A stretch of DNA of 54,554 nt from Rugosimonospora sp. (GCA_051986465.1 JBPYFB010000152.1:1-54554), one strand, 5' to 3'. Positions 8,473 through 17,806 are shown, numbered from the stretch's first letter. The notes: a model not told the origin generated them from the letters alone. Program-made: numbers and translations.

Positions 8473-10094
8473 CAGACAGTCTCCTTGGCGCGGTCCTCGT
8501 CGGACTCCTGAGGTTGGGGCTCTTCTTCGGCGGTCTCGGCGGTCTCGGCGGTCTCGACTGGCGCCGGTACCGGCAGCGTGAACTTGATGAGGCTACCCGC
8601 CGCGGCGGAGTCGTCCAGCCAGATCCGGCCGCCGTGGTACTCCACGATCTTCTTCGCCACGGCCAGCCCGATGCCGGTGCCCGGGTACGCGTCCTTCGCG
8701 TGCAGCCGCTGGAAGATGACGAACACCTTCTCGGCGAATTCGGCATCGATGCCGATACCGTTGTCCTGGCAGCTGATCTCCCAGTCGTCGTCGACCCGGC
8801 GCGCGGAGATGTGCACCTTGGGTGGGACGTCGGGGCGGCGGAACTTGATGGAGTTGCTGACCAGGTTGCCGAGCAGGGCGCTGAGCAACGCCTCCTCGCC
8901 CCGTACCACCGGGAGCTCGTCCCAGGTGATCTCGGCCTGGGCCCGCTCGATCGTCGCGTCGAGCTGGTTGACCACCTCAGCGGCGACCGCGCCCAGGTCG
9001 ACATCGGTGAAGCCGGAGGTGTGCCGGCCGATGCGGGAGAACGCCAACAGGTCGTTGATGAGGCGCTGCATGCGCTGCGCACCGTCGACGGCGAAGTAGA
9101 TGTACTGGTCGGCCCGCTCGTCCAGTTGCCCCGCGTACCGCCGCTGCAGCAACTGGCAGAAGCTGGCCACCTTGCGCAGCGGTTCCTGCAGGTCGTGCGA
9201 GGCCACGTAGGCGAACTGCTCCAGGTCGCGGTTGGACCGGGTCAACTCGGTGGCCTGCTGCTCGAGTTGCTGGTTGGCCGACTCCAGCGCGGCGCGCCCG
9301 GTGCGTACCTCGGCGAGGTCGGAGACGATCCGCTGGCGCATCTGGTCGACACCCAGCGACAGCCGGGCGAGTTCGGGCGGGCCGTCGTCGCTCATCTGGT
9401 GTTCGTAGTCGCCAGCGGTCACCGCCTGGACGTCCGTGACGAGGCGGTCCAGCGGCCGGATCACGAGGAAGCGCAGCAGCACCGCGAGCAGGGCGCCGGC
9501 CACCACGACGATGAGGGCGGCCGCGATGAGCAGGCGCACGATCAGTTTGGTACCGCCGCGCGCGTCCTGGACGGCCCGGTCGCGTACCGCCGTGATCGCC
9601 GTGCGCAGGTCGTCGAGTGCGGTGCTGGCGGCGTCGAGCCGGGAGTCGCCGGCGGCCAGCAGCGCCCGCGCGCCGGCGGCGTCGCCACCCGCCGCCCGCG
9701 CCACCGCCGGCTCGACCACACTCGACCGCCACTGCGCGACCTGACTCTCCACAGTGGTCAGTTTGTCCCGCAGCGCCGGGCGGCTGCCGAGCAGCCGCGC
9801 CAGATCGGCCGCGGCCGCGCTCTCGGCGGCCACGCCCTGCTGGTACCCGGTCAGGTCGCTACCGTCCAGGTTGAGCAGGTACCCGCGCACCCCGCTCTGC
9901 TGCTGGTACAGGCTGGCGGCGAGGCGCTCGCCGTCCACCCGCATCGGGGTCGCCTCGCTGAACACGGCGTCGAGCTGGCTTTGGTTGTGTACCGCGCTGA
10001 CCATCGCGGCCAGCGCGATGACACCCAGCGCCACGGCCACGGCAAGGCACAATGCGGTCACCTGCGTGCGCAGGCTCCAGCGACTCGCTTTCAC
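8472..10094 (-). CDS. CHASE3-HAMP-HisKA-HATPase sensor histidine kinase
   Basis: N-terminal TM, a periplasmic CHASE3-like segment ([13 protein letters not shown]), second TM, H-box [18 protein letters not shown] boxes. The C-terminal (ETA)3 tail is encoded by a 9-bp x3 repeat. GTG start overlaps the upstream stop (GTGA). Confidence 0.92.
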   Translation of the reverse strand: MKASRWSLRTQVTALCLAVAVALGVIALAAMVSAVHNQSQLDAVFSEATPMRVDGERLAASLYQQQSGVRGYLLNLDGSDLTGYQQGVAAESAAAADLARLLGSRPALRDKLTTVESQVAQWRSSVVEPAVARAAGGDAAGARALLAAGDSRLDAASTALDDLRTAITAVRDRAVQDARGGTKLIVRLLIAAALIVVVAGALLAVLLRFLVIRPLDRLVTDVQAVTAGDYEHQMSDDGPPELARLSLGVDQMRQRIVSDLAEVRTGRAALESANQQLEQQATELTRSNRDLEQFAYVASHDLQEPLRKVASFCQLLQRRYAGQLDERADQYIYFAVDGAQRMQRLINDLLAFSRIGRHTSGFTDVDLGAVAAEVVNQLDATIERAQAEITWDELPVVRGEEALLSALLGNLVSNSIKFRRPDVPPKVHISARRVDDDWEISCQDNGIGIDAEFAEKVFVIFQRLHAKDAYPGTGIGLAVAKKIVEYHGGRIWLDDSAAAGSLIKFTLPVPAPVETAETAETAEEEPQPQESDEDRAKETV

Positions 10095-11299
10095 CGGGCG
10101 TCCCCCGGCGTGAGTAGCAGCATCGCCACATCATCCGCCAGGGGTTCCCCGTTGCGCTCCTCGGCCTGACTGATCAGCCAGTCAGGTATGCCGGAGACCG
10201 GAAACCCCTCGGGGTAGCTCCCGACGAGCGCGCACAACCCGTCCACGCCCAGCCGGCCGTCGCCGGCGCGCCCCTCGATGAGGCCGTCCGTATATACGAG
10301 GACGGACCAGCCGGTCGCGGGCAGCGGTACCGTCGTCGGCGGGTGCGCGCGGCCGGGTATCACGCCGAGCACCATCGCGGGCTCACCGCTCACCGGTTCG
10401 GCTTTGCGGTCGGAGATGAGCAGCGGCGGCGGGTGGCCGCAACTGCGCACCGAGACGGTACCCGCGCTGAGGTCGACGAGGACCGTGGCGAGCGTCGCGA
10501 AGATCTCCTCGGCGTGCCGCTCGCTGACCAGTACCTGCTCCACGGCGGCGAGTACCGCCTCGTCGGGTACGCCGGCCAGGGTCAGCGCCCGCCAGGCCAC
10601 CCGCAGCTCCACGCCGAGCGCGGCCTCCTCGACGCCGTGCCCGCAGACGTCGCCGATGAGCAGGGACAGGCGCTGCGGCGCGGTCTGGATCGCGTCGTAG
10701 AAGTCGCCGCCGAGCAGCGCGCGGCGGCGCCCCGGCCGGTACAGCGGGATGAGCGTCACCTCGCCGGTCTGCACGAGTGGCTGCGGCAGCAGGCCGCGCT
10801 CCAGGCGGGCCGACTCGGCCTGGCGCAGCTCGGCCTCGCGCAGGCGCCGCGCGTTCTCGTCGGCGCGGCGGCGCTCGACGGCATAGCGCACCGCGCGCGC
10901 GAGCAGTACGCCGTCGACCTTTCCCTTGACGAGGTAGTCCTGCGCGCCCACGCCCAGGGCGGCCACGCCGAGGTGTTCGTCGGACATTCCGGTCAGTACG
11001 CACACCGCGACGCCGGCTCCGCTCTGCAGCAGTGTGTGCAGCCCCTCCAGCCCGGTCGCGTCGGGCAGGCCCAGATCGAGCAGTACGCAGTCGATGTCGT
11101 GCAGGCGCGCCTTGGCCTCCGCCATCGTCGACGCGGTCACCAGATCGATCGGCGCGTCCACCTCGGTGAGCAGTTCGGCCACGAGAAAGGCGTCCGCCTC
11201 GTCGTCCTCGATGAGCAGCACCCGCAGCCGGTCGCCGCCCACGGGCGCGCCGCCGCCTGGCCCTCCAGCCAGCCGTCGCCACCCGTCCCGCGTATACAT
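10091..11299 (-). CDS. Response regulator with a PP2C/SpoIIE phosphatase output domain
   Basis: Receiver RVLLIEDDEADA...VLLDLGLPDATG, followed by a PP2C region GGDFYD...IGDVCGHG...VLVYTDGLIE. ATG 11299 chosen; the listed 579-aa ORF extension has no coding signal. Confidence 0.9.
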   Translation of the reverse strand: MYTRDGWRRLAGGPGGGAPVGGDRLRVLLIEDDEADAFLVAELLTEVDAPIDLVTASTMAEAKARLHDIDCVLLDLGLPDATGLEGLHTLLQSGAGVAVCVLTGMSDEHLGVAALGVGAQDYLVKGKVDGVLLARAVRYAVERRRADENARRLREAELRQAESARLERGLLPQPLVQTGEVTLIPLYRPGRRRALLGGDFYDAIQTAPQRLSLLIGDVCGHGVEEAALGVELRVAWRALTLAGVPDEAVLAAVEQVLVSERHAEEIFATLATVLVDLSAGTVSVRSCGHPPPLLISDRKAEPVSGEPAMVLGVIPGRAHPPTTVPLPATGWSVLVYTDGLIEGRAGDGRLGVDGLCALVGSYPEGFPVSGIPDWLISQAEERNGEPLADDVAMLLLTPGDAR

Positions 11300-11379
11300 A
11301 CCTGAATCCTGCCGTACGCGCGCGATTTCGGCACCGCCACACCCCGACCGCCGCCGGAATGGTGCCCGTACCGGGTAGC

Positions 11380-11395
11380 TGGGAGAGCGCTCCCC
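11380..11395. promoter_or_regulatory. Candidate LacI-family operator, site 1 (imperfect palindrome)
   Basis: TGGGAGAGCGCTCCCC. Related to the Streptomyces CebR box TGGGAGCGCTCCCA. Lies in the divergent intergenic region. Confidence 0.6.
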
Positions 11396-11433
11396 TTGAT
11401 GGCTGAGCCAGTCGGGCGCGATACGGGCTGCCT

Positions 11434-11449
11434 GGGAGAGCGCTCTCCC
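11434..11449. promoter_or_regulatory. Candidate LacI-family operator, site 2 (perfect 16-bp palindrome)
   Basis: GGGAGAGCGCTCTCCC is perfectly self-complementary. It shares CTGGGAGAGCGCTC with site 1 and lies 55 nt upstream of the LacI-family start. Confidence 0.65.
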
Positions 11450-11504
11450 GGGCAGTGGCGTCGTATCCTGGTTGTCGGTACGCGTCGCCGACCGAGGAGG
11501 GTGC

Positions 11505-12512
11505 ATGAACACGCAGCAGCGGCCAACCCTGGAGGGCGTGGCCCTGCGTGCCGGTGTGTCCCGGGCGACCGTTTCGCGCGTGGTCAACGGCGCGCCCACC
11601 GTCGCGCCGGCGATCCGGGAGAGCGTACTGCGGGCGGTACGGGAGCTGGGGTACGTGCCCAACCACGCCGCCCGCACCCTGGTGACCCAGCGGACGAACT
11701 CCATGGCGCTGGTGTTCCCCGAGACGGCCACCCGGGTCTTCTCCGACAACGAGCTCTTCCCCGGCCTGGTGCAGGGCGTCAGCCAGGAGCTCGAAGCGGC
11801 CGGCCAGCAACTGGTACTGATGATGGCCAACTCGCGGGAGAGTCACGAGCGCATCGCGCAGTACCTGATGGCGCGGCACGTGGACGGCGCGATGATGGCC
11901 TCGATGCACGGTGCCGACCCGCTGCCGATGACCCTCCAGCGCACCGGCCTGCCGGTGGTCGTCAACGGCCGGCCGTACGCCTCGTCCACCGTGCCGTACG
12001 TGGACGTCGACTCGGTTGGTGGCGCCGCCGAGGCGGTACGCCACCTCGTCAAGCTCGGCCGTAACCGGATCGCGACGATCGCCGGTCCGCAGGACATGGT
12101 CGCGGGCATTGACCGGCTCACCGGGTACCGGGCGGAGATGCGCGGCTCGAAACGCCGCTCGATCGTGGCGATCGGCGACTTCACCCGGGAGTCGGGGGAG
12201 CTGTGCATGCGGCAGCTGCTGGAGGACGACCCGGGCGTGGACGCGGTCTTTGTCGCCTCCGACCTCATGGCGCACGGCGCGCTGCGGGCACTGGCTCAGG
12301 CCGGCCGGCGGGTACCCGACGACGTCGCGGTGGTCGGCTTCGACGACTTCGAGCTCGCCCAGTACGCCCAGCCGCCGCTGACCACGATCCGGCAACCCAT
12401 CATCGAGCTCGGCCGTACGCTCGCCCAGCAGCTACTCAGCCTGAGCGCCGGAGAGGAGATCGATCCGGCGGTGGTACTGGCGACCTCGCTCATAGTCCGG
12501 GATTCGGCGTAA
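11505..12512 (+). CDS. LacI-family transcriptional regulator
   Basis: HTH LEGVALRAGVSRATVSRVVNG plus a periplasmic-binding-fold effector domain. SD gaggaggg precedes ATG 11505. Confidence 0.93.
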   Translation: MNTQQRPTLEGVALRAGVSRATVSRVVNGAPTVAPAIRESVLRAVRELGYVPNHAARTLVTQRTNSMALVFPETATRVFSDNELFPGLVQGVSQELEAAGQQLVLMMANSRESHERIAQYLMARHVDGAMMASMHGADPLPMTLQRTGLPVVVNGRPYASSTVPYVDVDSVGGAAEAVRHLVKLGRNRIATIAGPQDMVAGIDRLTGYRAEMRGSKRRSIVAIGDFTRESGELCMRQLLEDDPGVDAVFVASDLMAHGALRALAQAGRRVPDDVAVVGFDDFELAQYAQPPLTTIRQPIIELGRTLAQQLLSLSAGEEIDPAVVLATSLIVRDSA

Positions 12513-13373
12513 CCGCAGCGACCCGTCGAAGAGGTGCGGCGCGTCGGGCGCGGCGGCAATGGCGGGCGGTACGCCGCAGTCGCGCGGCTGTATCTCTCCT
12601 ATGTGGACAAACGAGGCGCGCCAGGCCGGCCCGCGCCGCTCGAACTCCTCCTGCGCAGCCGTCTGCAGCGCGATGAACACGAGCGCGAGCAGCGCACCGG
12701 TGGCGATGACGATCACCAGCGGTACCAGGCCGATCAGGTCGACCCCGCCGCCAACCGGCCCGCTGTCGTGTTGGAGGTGCACGCGCAGCGCGGCAAGCGC
12801 GGTGTAGTGCGTCCCGGTGACCGCCACGCCCAGCGCCGCCGCGGCCGCGACCCGTGGCCACCAGCCGCTGACGTTCGTCGCGCACCACAGCGCGGCGGTC
12901 GCGGCGACGACCGCTACCAGCACCGAGGCGGCGACGAGCGGCGCGCCGTACCCGACGCTGCCGCCCACCCTCATCGCCGCCGTGCCGGTATAGGTCATCG
13001 CCGCGACGCCTGCGCCCGTGACGAGGCCACCGCGGACGACGCGCACCGCCGAGGGGGGTCCGTACCCGGCGGTGAAGATCCCGGCGCCCACCACGAGTAC
13101 CGCCATGACCGCGCTGAACGCGGTCAATCCGGGCTCGTAGCGGACCGTCGAGTCGGGCACGTCGAAGCCGAGCATCGCCACGAAGTGCATCAGCCAGAAC
13201 GCGACGCCGATCGACGCCGACGAGATCACCAGCCAGCGGGTACGCCGGCCGCGATCCTGGGTGTCGTGCGCCTGCTTCGCGGCGCCCAGGCCGATCAGCG
13301 AACCGGTGCACGCGACGAGGTATCCCGCCACCGGGTTGATCGCGCCGTTCGCGAACTGCTGCACCGTTGCCAT
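12432..13373 (-). CDS. MHYT-domain integral membrane protein with no recognisable output domain
   Basis: Three MHYT-type motifs on alternate TM helices (LMHFVAMLGF, AMTYTGTAAM, GTHYTALAAL). The last roughly 27 codons are antisense to the LacI-family gene's 3' end (81-nt overlap), so the true C-terminus is uncertain. Confidence 0.8.
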   Translation of the reverse strand: MATVQQFANGAINPVAGYLVACTGSLIGLGAAKQAHDTQDRGRRTRWLVISSASIGVAFWLMHFVAMLGFDVPDSTVRYEPGLTAFSAVMAVLVVGAGIFTAGYGPPSAVRVVRGGLVTGAGVAAMTYTGTAAMRVGGSVGYGAPLVAASVLVAVVAATAALWCATNVSGWWPRVAAAAALGVAVTGTHYTALAALRVHLQHDSGPVGGGVDLIGLVPLVIVIATGALLALVFIALQTAAQEEFERRGPAWRASFVHIGEIQPRDCGVPPAIAAAPDAPHLFDGSLRLRRIPDYERGRQYHRRIDLLSGAQAE

Positions 13374-13513
13374 GCCCCGATTGAGCCATACCGATGGCCG
13401 AGTCCGTCGCACAGCGTGTGCGTGTCCGTACGCACTGGCGTTAGTCCTCTGTGGACGGACCGATCCACCGATCAGCCATATCGATCCGCGCCGAACGCCC
13501 GTACCCTGCGGGC

Positions 13514-14014
13514 ATGGCTCTGTTCGGGCGCGCCCGCACGGCGACGGGCGCTGGCGTGATAGCGACTTTGATCCTGGTACTCGCCTTCGGGAACCAGGCC
13601 TTTACTGAATGGGCGGCGCGGCATACCAAGTCCGGTACCGTCTGGGGCTGGTTCCTGGGCGTGTTGAGTTGGCCCAGCTGGGCCTTCGGCCCCCGGGACA
13701 GCAGCGCCGCGGCAATGCGCGACCTGCTCTCGCGGGACCTGCGGGCGATCCTGCTCGTGGTGTTCGTGGCCCTGGTGCTCAGCCTGGCCGGCAAGGCGGT
13801 CGCCGGCGGCGCGGGCGGTTTCATCCTCGGCTGGTCCGCGCTCATCTTCGGCTCCGCCCTGGCGGCTTTCGTCACCGCGTTCATTTCGTCGCACGCCACC
13901 TGGCTGGGCGCGTTCCAGTCGGCCCAGAACGGTTCCGGGTATGGATTGTTCGTGGGCTGGCTGGTCGGTTTCGCGGTGGGTGCGGCGCGCGGCGGAGGAG
14001 GCAGCGGCCCCTGA
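13514..14014 (+). CDS. Hypothetical polytopic membrane protein
   Basis: Four hydrophobic segments and a Gly-rich C-terminus, with high GC3. ATG 13514 chosen. Confidence 0.65.
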   Translation: MALFGRARTATGAGVIATLILVLAFGNQAFTEWAARHTKSGTVWGWFLGVLSWPSWAFGPRDSSAAAMRDLLSRDLRAILLVVFVALVLSLAGKAVAGGAGGFILGWSALIFGSALAAFVTAFISSHATWLGAFQSAQNGSGYGLFVGWLVGFAVGAARGGGGSGP

Positions 14015-14036
14015 CGCGAACCGCTACGGTGGCCCG

Positions 14037-15056
14037 ATGCCGTTACGTGCGACGCTCGCCGTTCTCGCGTTGCTGGTTCCCGCGGGCAGCCCGGTCAACC
14101 CGGCGGCGCCCGCGGCCCAGCCGGGCTGGCGCCCGGTGTGGTCCAACGACTTCACCGGCTCGGCGCTGCCCAGCCAGTGCACCACGTACGGCTCACCGCA
14201 CGGTGGCCCGGCCGACAGCTACTACACCCCCGACGAGGTCAGCGTCGCCGGCGGCATGCTCCGGCTGGGCATGCGGTACCTGCCGAAGAACGGGCGAAAC
14301 TACGCGACCGGCGGGGTCACCTGCTACAAGGTCACCCAGCGGTACGGGAAGTTCGAGTACCGCGCGAAGCCCCCGCTCGGGCAGGGGATCGACGCGTACG
14401 CGACGCTCTGGCCCCCGGACGAGACGCCCGACGACAACGTGCTCATCGAGACGCTGCCCCGGCCGGGACAGGAGCGGGTGTACTACTCGAGCAACGACGG
14501 GGCGACCTCGGTACACACCGACTTCGGCGGCGCGTACAGCGGCTCCTTCCACACGTACACGATCGAATGGAGCCCTGGGCTCCTGCGGATCCTCATCGAC
14601 GGCGCCGTCAAGCTGACCGACCACCATCCGGGGACCGCGCCCAAATGGATCGGCTGGGCCGTCTCCAGCGGAGATCCGCTGACCGGCGAGCCCGACTCGG
14701 CCACGAAGCTGCCCACCGAATTCGACGTGGACTGGGTTCACGTCTATGCCTATGTCCCCGGCGCGGCGGCCGCGGCGACGCCGGCCGCCAGCCGTTCCGC
14801 CCCGCCGCCACCGGCCTCGGCGTCTGCGAACGCGTCCGCGAACCAGTCCGCCGCGCCGGCCTCCGCGGCCGCCGCGGGCGCGGTGGCGGGGGCGCCATCG
14901 GGGCCCACGCTGACTGCGACGGCGCAGCGCGGTTCAGGGAGCGGGCTGGTGTGGGCGGTGCTGGCCACTGTCGCCGCCCTTTTCCTCCTCATTGGCGGGT
15001 ACGCGCTGCGACGACGCGGCGGCCGTCGCGGTGGGGCGCACGCTTCCACGGGGTGA
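14037..15056 (+). CDS. GH16/concanavalin-like glucanase-fold protein with Ala/Ser linker and C-terminal TM anchor
   Basis: Signal peptide, then WSNDF...YGKFEYRAKPP...HTYTIEWSPG...FDVDWVHVY, which is typical of the GH16 beta-jelly roll. C-terminal LVWAVLATVAALFLLIGGYALRRRGGRRGG. Confidence 0.75.
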   Translation: MPLRATLAVLALLVPAGSPVNPAAPAAQPGWRPVWSNDFTGSALPSQCTTYGSPHGGPADSYYTPDEVSVAGGMLRLGMRYLPKNGRNYATGGVTCYKVTQRYGKFEYRAKPPLGQGIDAYATLWPPDETPDDNVLIETLPRPGQERVYYSSNDGATSVHTDFGGAYSGSFHTYTIEWSPGLLRILIDGAVKLTDHHPGTAPKWIGWAVSSGDPLTGEPDSATKLPTEFDVDWVHVYAYVPGAAAAATPAASRSAPPPPASASANASANQSAAPASAAAAGAVAGAPSGPTLTATAQRGSGSGLVWAVLATVAALFLLIGGYALRRRGGRRGGAHASTG

Positions 15057-15388
15057 GACCTGCCACACCCGTAGATGGATTAGTCCGCATTTGCGGGCTT
15101 ATGGTGCAGGCGATCTGGCCGCTCTCCACAGAGGTGGGTCGCCCGTCCGGGATCACGGAATAGATGTGTTCTGGGCGCGGTTGCAGGGGTATTCGGTCGT
15201 TGACGACGTGGTGAGGCACTGCCAGGGCTGGTACGGCTTTCTCACAGCAAACGCCAAGGTGGGCATGCGAACCTGAACGGGTCCAGATGCGTCAAGTAAG
15301 TGGTGAAGGTCTCGTCGGTCGTCACGGCGGTATGACTGCCCTCCGTGGCCGAAGACGGAATCTTTGCCCCGAGCCGCCTGTTGTGTAG

Positions 15389-16432
15389 TTGGCAAACGTG
15401 GGGGAACGGCGAAGTTGGCAGACGGTGCGAGCAAGGCAGACGGACGAAGTGGTGAATAAGCGAGAAGCGGGGGAGGGCCCAGGGGTGGACGAGAAGGAGA
15501 CGCCGGTGCTGCGCACCGACCAAGTAGCCGAAGAGCGCGATCTCGTCGGTGTGTACCTGCACGAGATCTCCCGTACTCCGCTGCTGGATGCCGCGCGTGA
15601 GGTCGAGCTCGCCAAGGCGATCGAGGCGGGTCTGTACGCCGAGCACCTGCTCGATGAGGACCAGATCCCAGAGGGTGTGACCGACGCGGAGCTGCGCCGG
15701 TTGGTGAGCTTGGGGGAGCGCGCCAAGGACCTGTTCATTCGGGCCAACCTGCGGTTGGTCGTATCGATCGCGCGCCGCTACGTGCGGTCGGGCATGCCGA
15801 TGTTGGACCTGATCCAGGAGGGCAACACCGGTCTGGTACGCGCGGTGGAGAAGTTCGATTACGAGCGCGGGTACAAGTTCTCCACGTACGCGACGTGGTG
15901 GATCCGCCAGGCGATCAGCCGGGCCATCGCCCAGCAGGAGCGCACCGTACGGCTGCCCGTACACCTGGTCGAGGACGTCAACCGGATGCGTAACGTGGCC
16001 CGCCAGCTGACCCGCGAGCTGGGCTCCGAGCCCGAGCCGGAGCAGATCGCGACGGCGCTCGGGGTACCGCTGGACCGGGTGAACGAGCTGATCCGGTGGT
16101 CGCAGGACACTGTGTCGCTGGACACACCCGTGGGTGACGACGGCGACACCAACCTGGGCGACCTGGTCGCCGACACCGACTCCCCGTCGCCGGAGGAGAT
16201 CGTGCTCGGCGCCCTGGAGCGCCAGCGGATCGAGGGCCTGCTCGGCCACCTCGACGACCGGTCGGCCGGCATCATGCGGGCGCGATACGGCCTGGAGGAC
16301 GGCCGGGAGCACTCGCTGACCGAGGTTGCCTCCCGCTTCTCCCTCTCCCGGGAGCGGATCCGGCAGCTGGAGATCCAGGCACTGGGCCGGCTGCGCGAGC
16401 TCGCCCGTGCCGAGGGCCTGCAGGCGGCGTAA
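15389..16432 (+). CDS. Group-2 (HrdB-like, non-essential type) sigma-70 factor
   Basis: Regions 1.2 ([11 protein letters not shown]), 2 ([36 protein letters not shown]), 3 and 4 ([10 protein letters not shown]). The listed start is TTG 15389; several in-frame GTGs up to 15485 are possible. Confidence 0.92.
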   Translation: MANVGERRSWQTVRARQTDEVVNKREAGEGPGVDEKETPVLRTDQVAEERDLVGVYLHEISRTPLLDAAREVELAKAIEAGLYAEHLLDEDQIPEGVTDAELRRLVSLGERAKDLFIRANLRLVVSIARRYVRSGMPMLDLIQEGNTGLVRAVEKFDYERGYKFSTYATWWIRQAISRAIAQQERTVRLPVHLVEDVNRMRNVARQLTRELGSEPEPEQIATALGVPLDRVNELIRWSQDTVSLDTPVGDDGDTNLGDLVADTDSPSPEEIVLGALERQRIEGLLGHLDDRSAGIMRARYGLEDGREHSLTEVASRFSLSRERIRQLEIQALGRLRELARAEGLQAA

Positions 16433-16446
16433 ACCCAGATATCCGG

Positions 16447-16487
16447 CAGCGGCCGGTGTCCACTACAGACGTGGACGCCGGCCGCTG
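16447..16487. terminator. Bidirectional terminator hairpin between convergent genes
   Basis: CAGCGGCCGGTGTCCAC-tacagac-GTGGACGCCGGCCGCTG, a 17-bp stem with one G-T pair. Confidence 0.65.
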
Positions 16488-16509
16488 TCGTATCAGCCGG
16501 GTTGTCGGA

Positions 16510-16992
16510 TCAGCCCACCGGCGGCGCTGCCTGAGCGGTGAGCTGCGCGCGCAGTTCGGCAACCTCGCGGTGTAGCTCCTCGTGCTGCGCCGCCATCTTC
16601 GTGAACGCGGCGTGCAACTTCTCGATCAGCGCCTCGGCCTTCGAGTCGATGTCGTAGTCGTGCTGGGCCAGTTCGGCCGCGACCTGGTCGCTGCGCTTCG
16701 CGGCGATCAACAGGATCGCGCCCTGCAGCGCCGCCAGACAGCTCAGCACGAGGTTGAGCAGGATGAACGGGTACTTGTCGAATCCGCTGTTGTTGTTGAA
16801 CGCCATCCACACAGCGAGGAAGACCAGAGCCCCGAAGACGAAGCCCCAGGATCCCATGCTGTTGCGCAGCCGGTCCGCGGCGCGCTCGCCGAGGGAGAGC
16901 TGGCGGTCGCTGCGTACCCCGGGGTGGGCGTGCCACCCGTGGACCCGGGCGATCGCGCTCCGGTTGCGAAGCTGATTACTCGTCGTGGTCAT
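16510..16992 (-). CDS. DUF1003-family membrane protein
   Basis: SWGFVFGALVFLAVWMAFN...YPFILLNLVLSCLAALQGAILLIA followed by a coiled C-terminus. ATG 16992 overlaps the tam stop (ATGA). Confidence 0.8.
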   Translation of the reverse strand: MTTTSNQLRNRSAIARVHGWHAHPGVRSDRQLSLGERAADRLRNSMGSWGFVFGALVFLAVWMAFNNNSGFDKYPFILLNLVLSCLAALQGAILLIAAKRSDQVAAELAQHDYDIDSKAEALIEKLHAAFTKMAAQHEELHREVAELRAQLTAQAAPPVG

Positions 16993-17783
16993 GCCCCCGG
17001 ACGGTACGCCACTACGAAGCTCCTTCGGAATGGCAGGACCGTACCGAAGGAGTGTCGCGGATACGCCTCGCGCAGCGCGACGGCCACCTCCGCGCGGAAC
17101 TCGGGGCGCTGGTCCGGTTCGAGCGCGTTCAGGTACGGGCGCAGACCGGTACTGCCGAACCACTCCAGTACCGGATCGTCCCCGGCGAGCACGTGGTGGT
17201 ACACGGTCTCCCAGGCGTCCACCCGGTACCCGAGGTCACCGAGGAGCGTGACGTACTCCCCGGTCGGGCGGACCGTCCCGGTGCCGGTGGCGCCGACCGT
17301 AGGTCCCGTGATGCCGGCGAGCCGGTCCCGCCAGCGCGGCGACTCGGCGATCGAGGTGAAGACGTTGCCGGCGGGGGAGCCGGACATGGCGGGCACCTGG
17401 AAGGCGAGCGCGCCGCCCGGCCGCAGCGCCGCCATCCACCCGGGCAGCATCTCGACGTGGCCGGGTACCCACTGGAGGACGGCGTTGGAGACGATGACGT
17501 CGACCGGAGCGTCGGGGCGCCAGTCGCGTACGTCGCCGAGCGCGAAGGAGAGCCGGGGACCGGCGAGCGCACTGGCCGCCGCCACCATCGCCGGGTCCGA
17601 GTCGACTCCGCGCACCCGCGCCTCGGGCCAGATCGCCGGCAGCGTCGCGGTGGCGTTGCCCGGCCCGCAGCCGAGATCCACGACCTCGCGCGCGTCGGGT
17701 ACCCGCACCCGCGCGATCAGGTCCGCGAAGGGGCGTGCCCGTTCGTCGGCGAATTTGAGGTACTGCCCCGGGTCCCAGGTCAT
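16989..17783 (-). CDS. tam: Trans-aconitate 2-methyltransferase
   Basis: MTWDPGQYLKFADERARPFADLI...VVDLGCGPGN...SNAVLQWVPGH is the typical Tam signature. Confidence 0.9.
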   Translation of the reverse strand: MTWDPGQYLKFADERARPFADLIARVRVPDAREVVDLGCGPGNATATLPAIWPEARVRGVDSDPAMVAAASALAGPRLSFALGDVRDWRPDAPVDVIVSNAVLQWVPGHVEMLPGWMAALRPGGALAFQVPAMSGSPAGNVFTSIAESPRWRDRLAGITGPTVGATGTGTVRPTGEYVTLLGDLGYRVDAWETVYHHVLAGDDPVLEWFGSTGLRPYLNALEPDQRPEFRAEVAVALREAYPRHSFGTVLPFRRSFVVAYRPGA

Positions 17784-17806
17784 GCGGCGATCCTGGCACC
17801 GAAAAG

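Noticed and set aside
8528-8554. 9-bp x3 tandem repeat (cggcggtct), considered as a possible CRISPR-like or regulatory repeat
   Set aside because: It lies inside the kinase coding frame and simply encodes (ETA)3. There are no spacers, and it is far too short for a CRISPR array. No CRISPR array exists anywhere in the window.
15057-15388. 332-bp non-coding gap upstream of the sigma-factor gene, searched for an sRNA, riboswitch or small ORF
   Set aside because: I found no recognisable RNA-family motif, no convincing hairpin-plus-U terminator and no frame with coding GC3. It is most simply a long promoter and 5'-UTR region.
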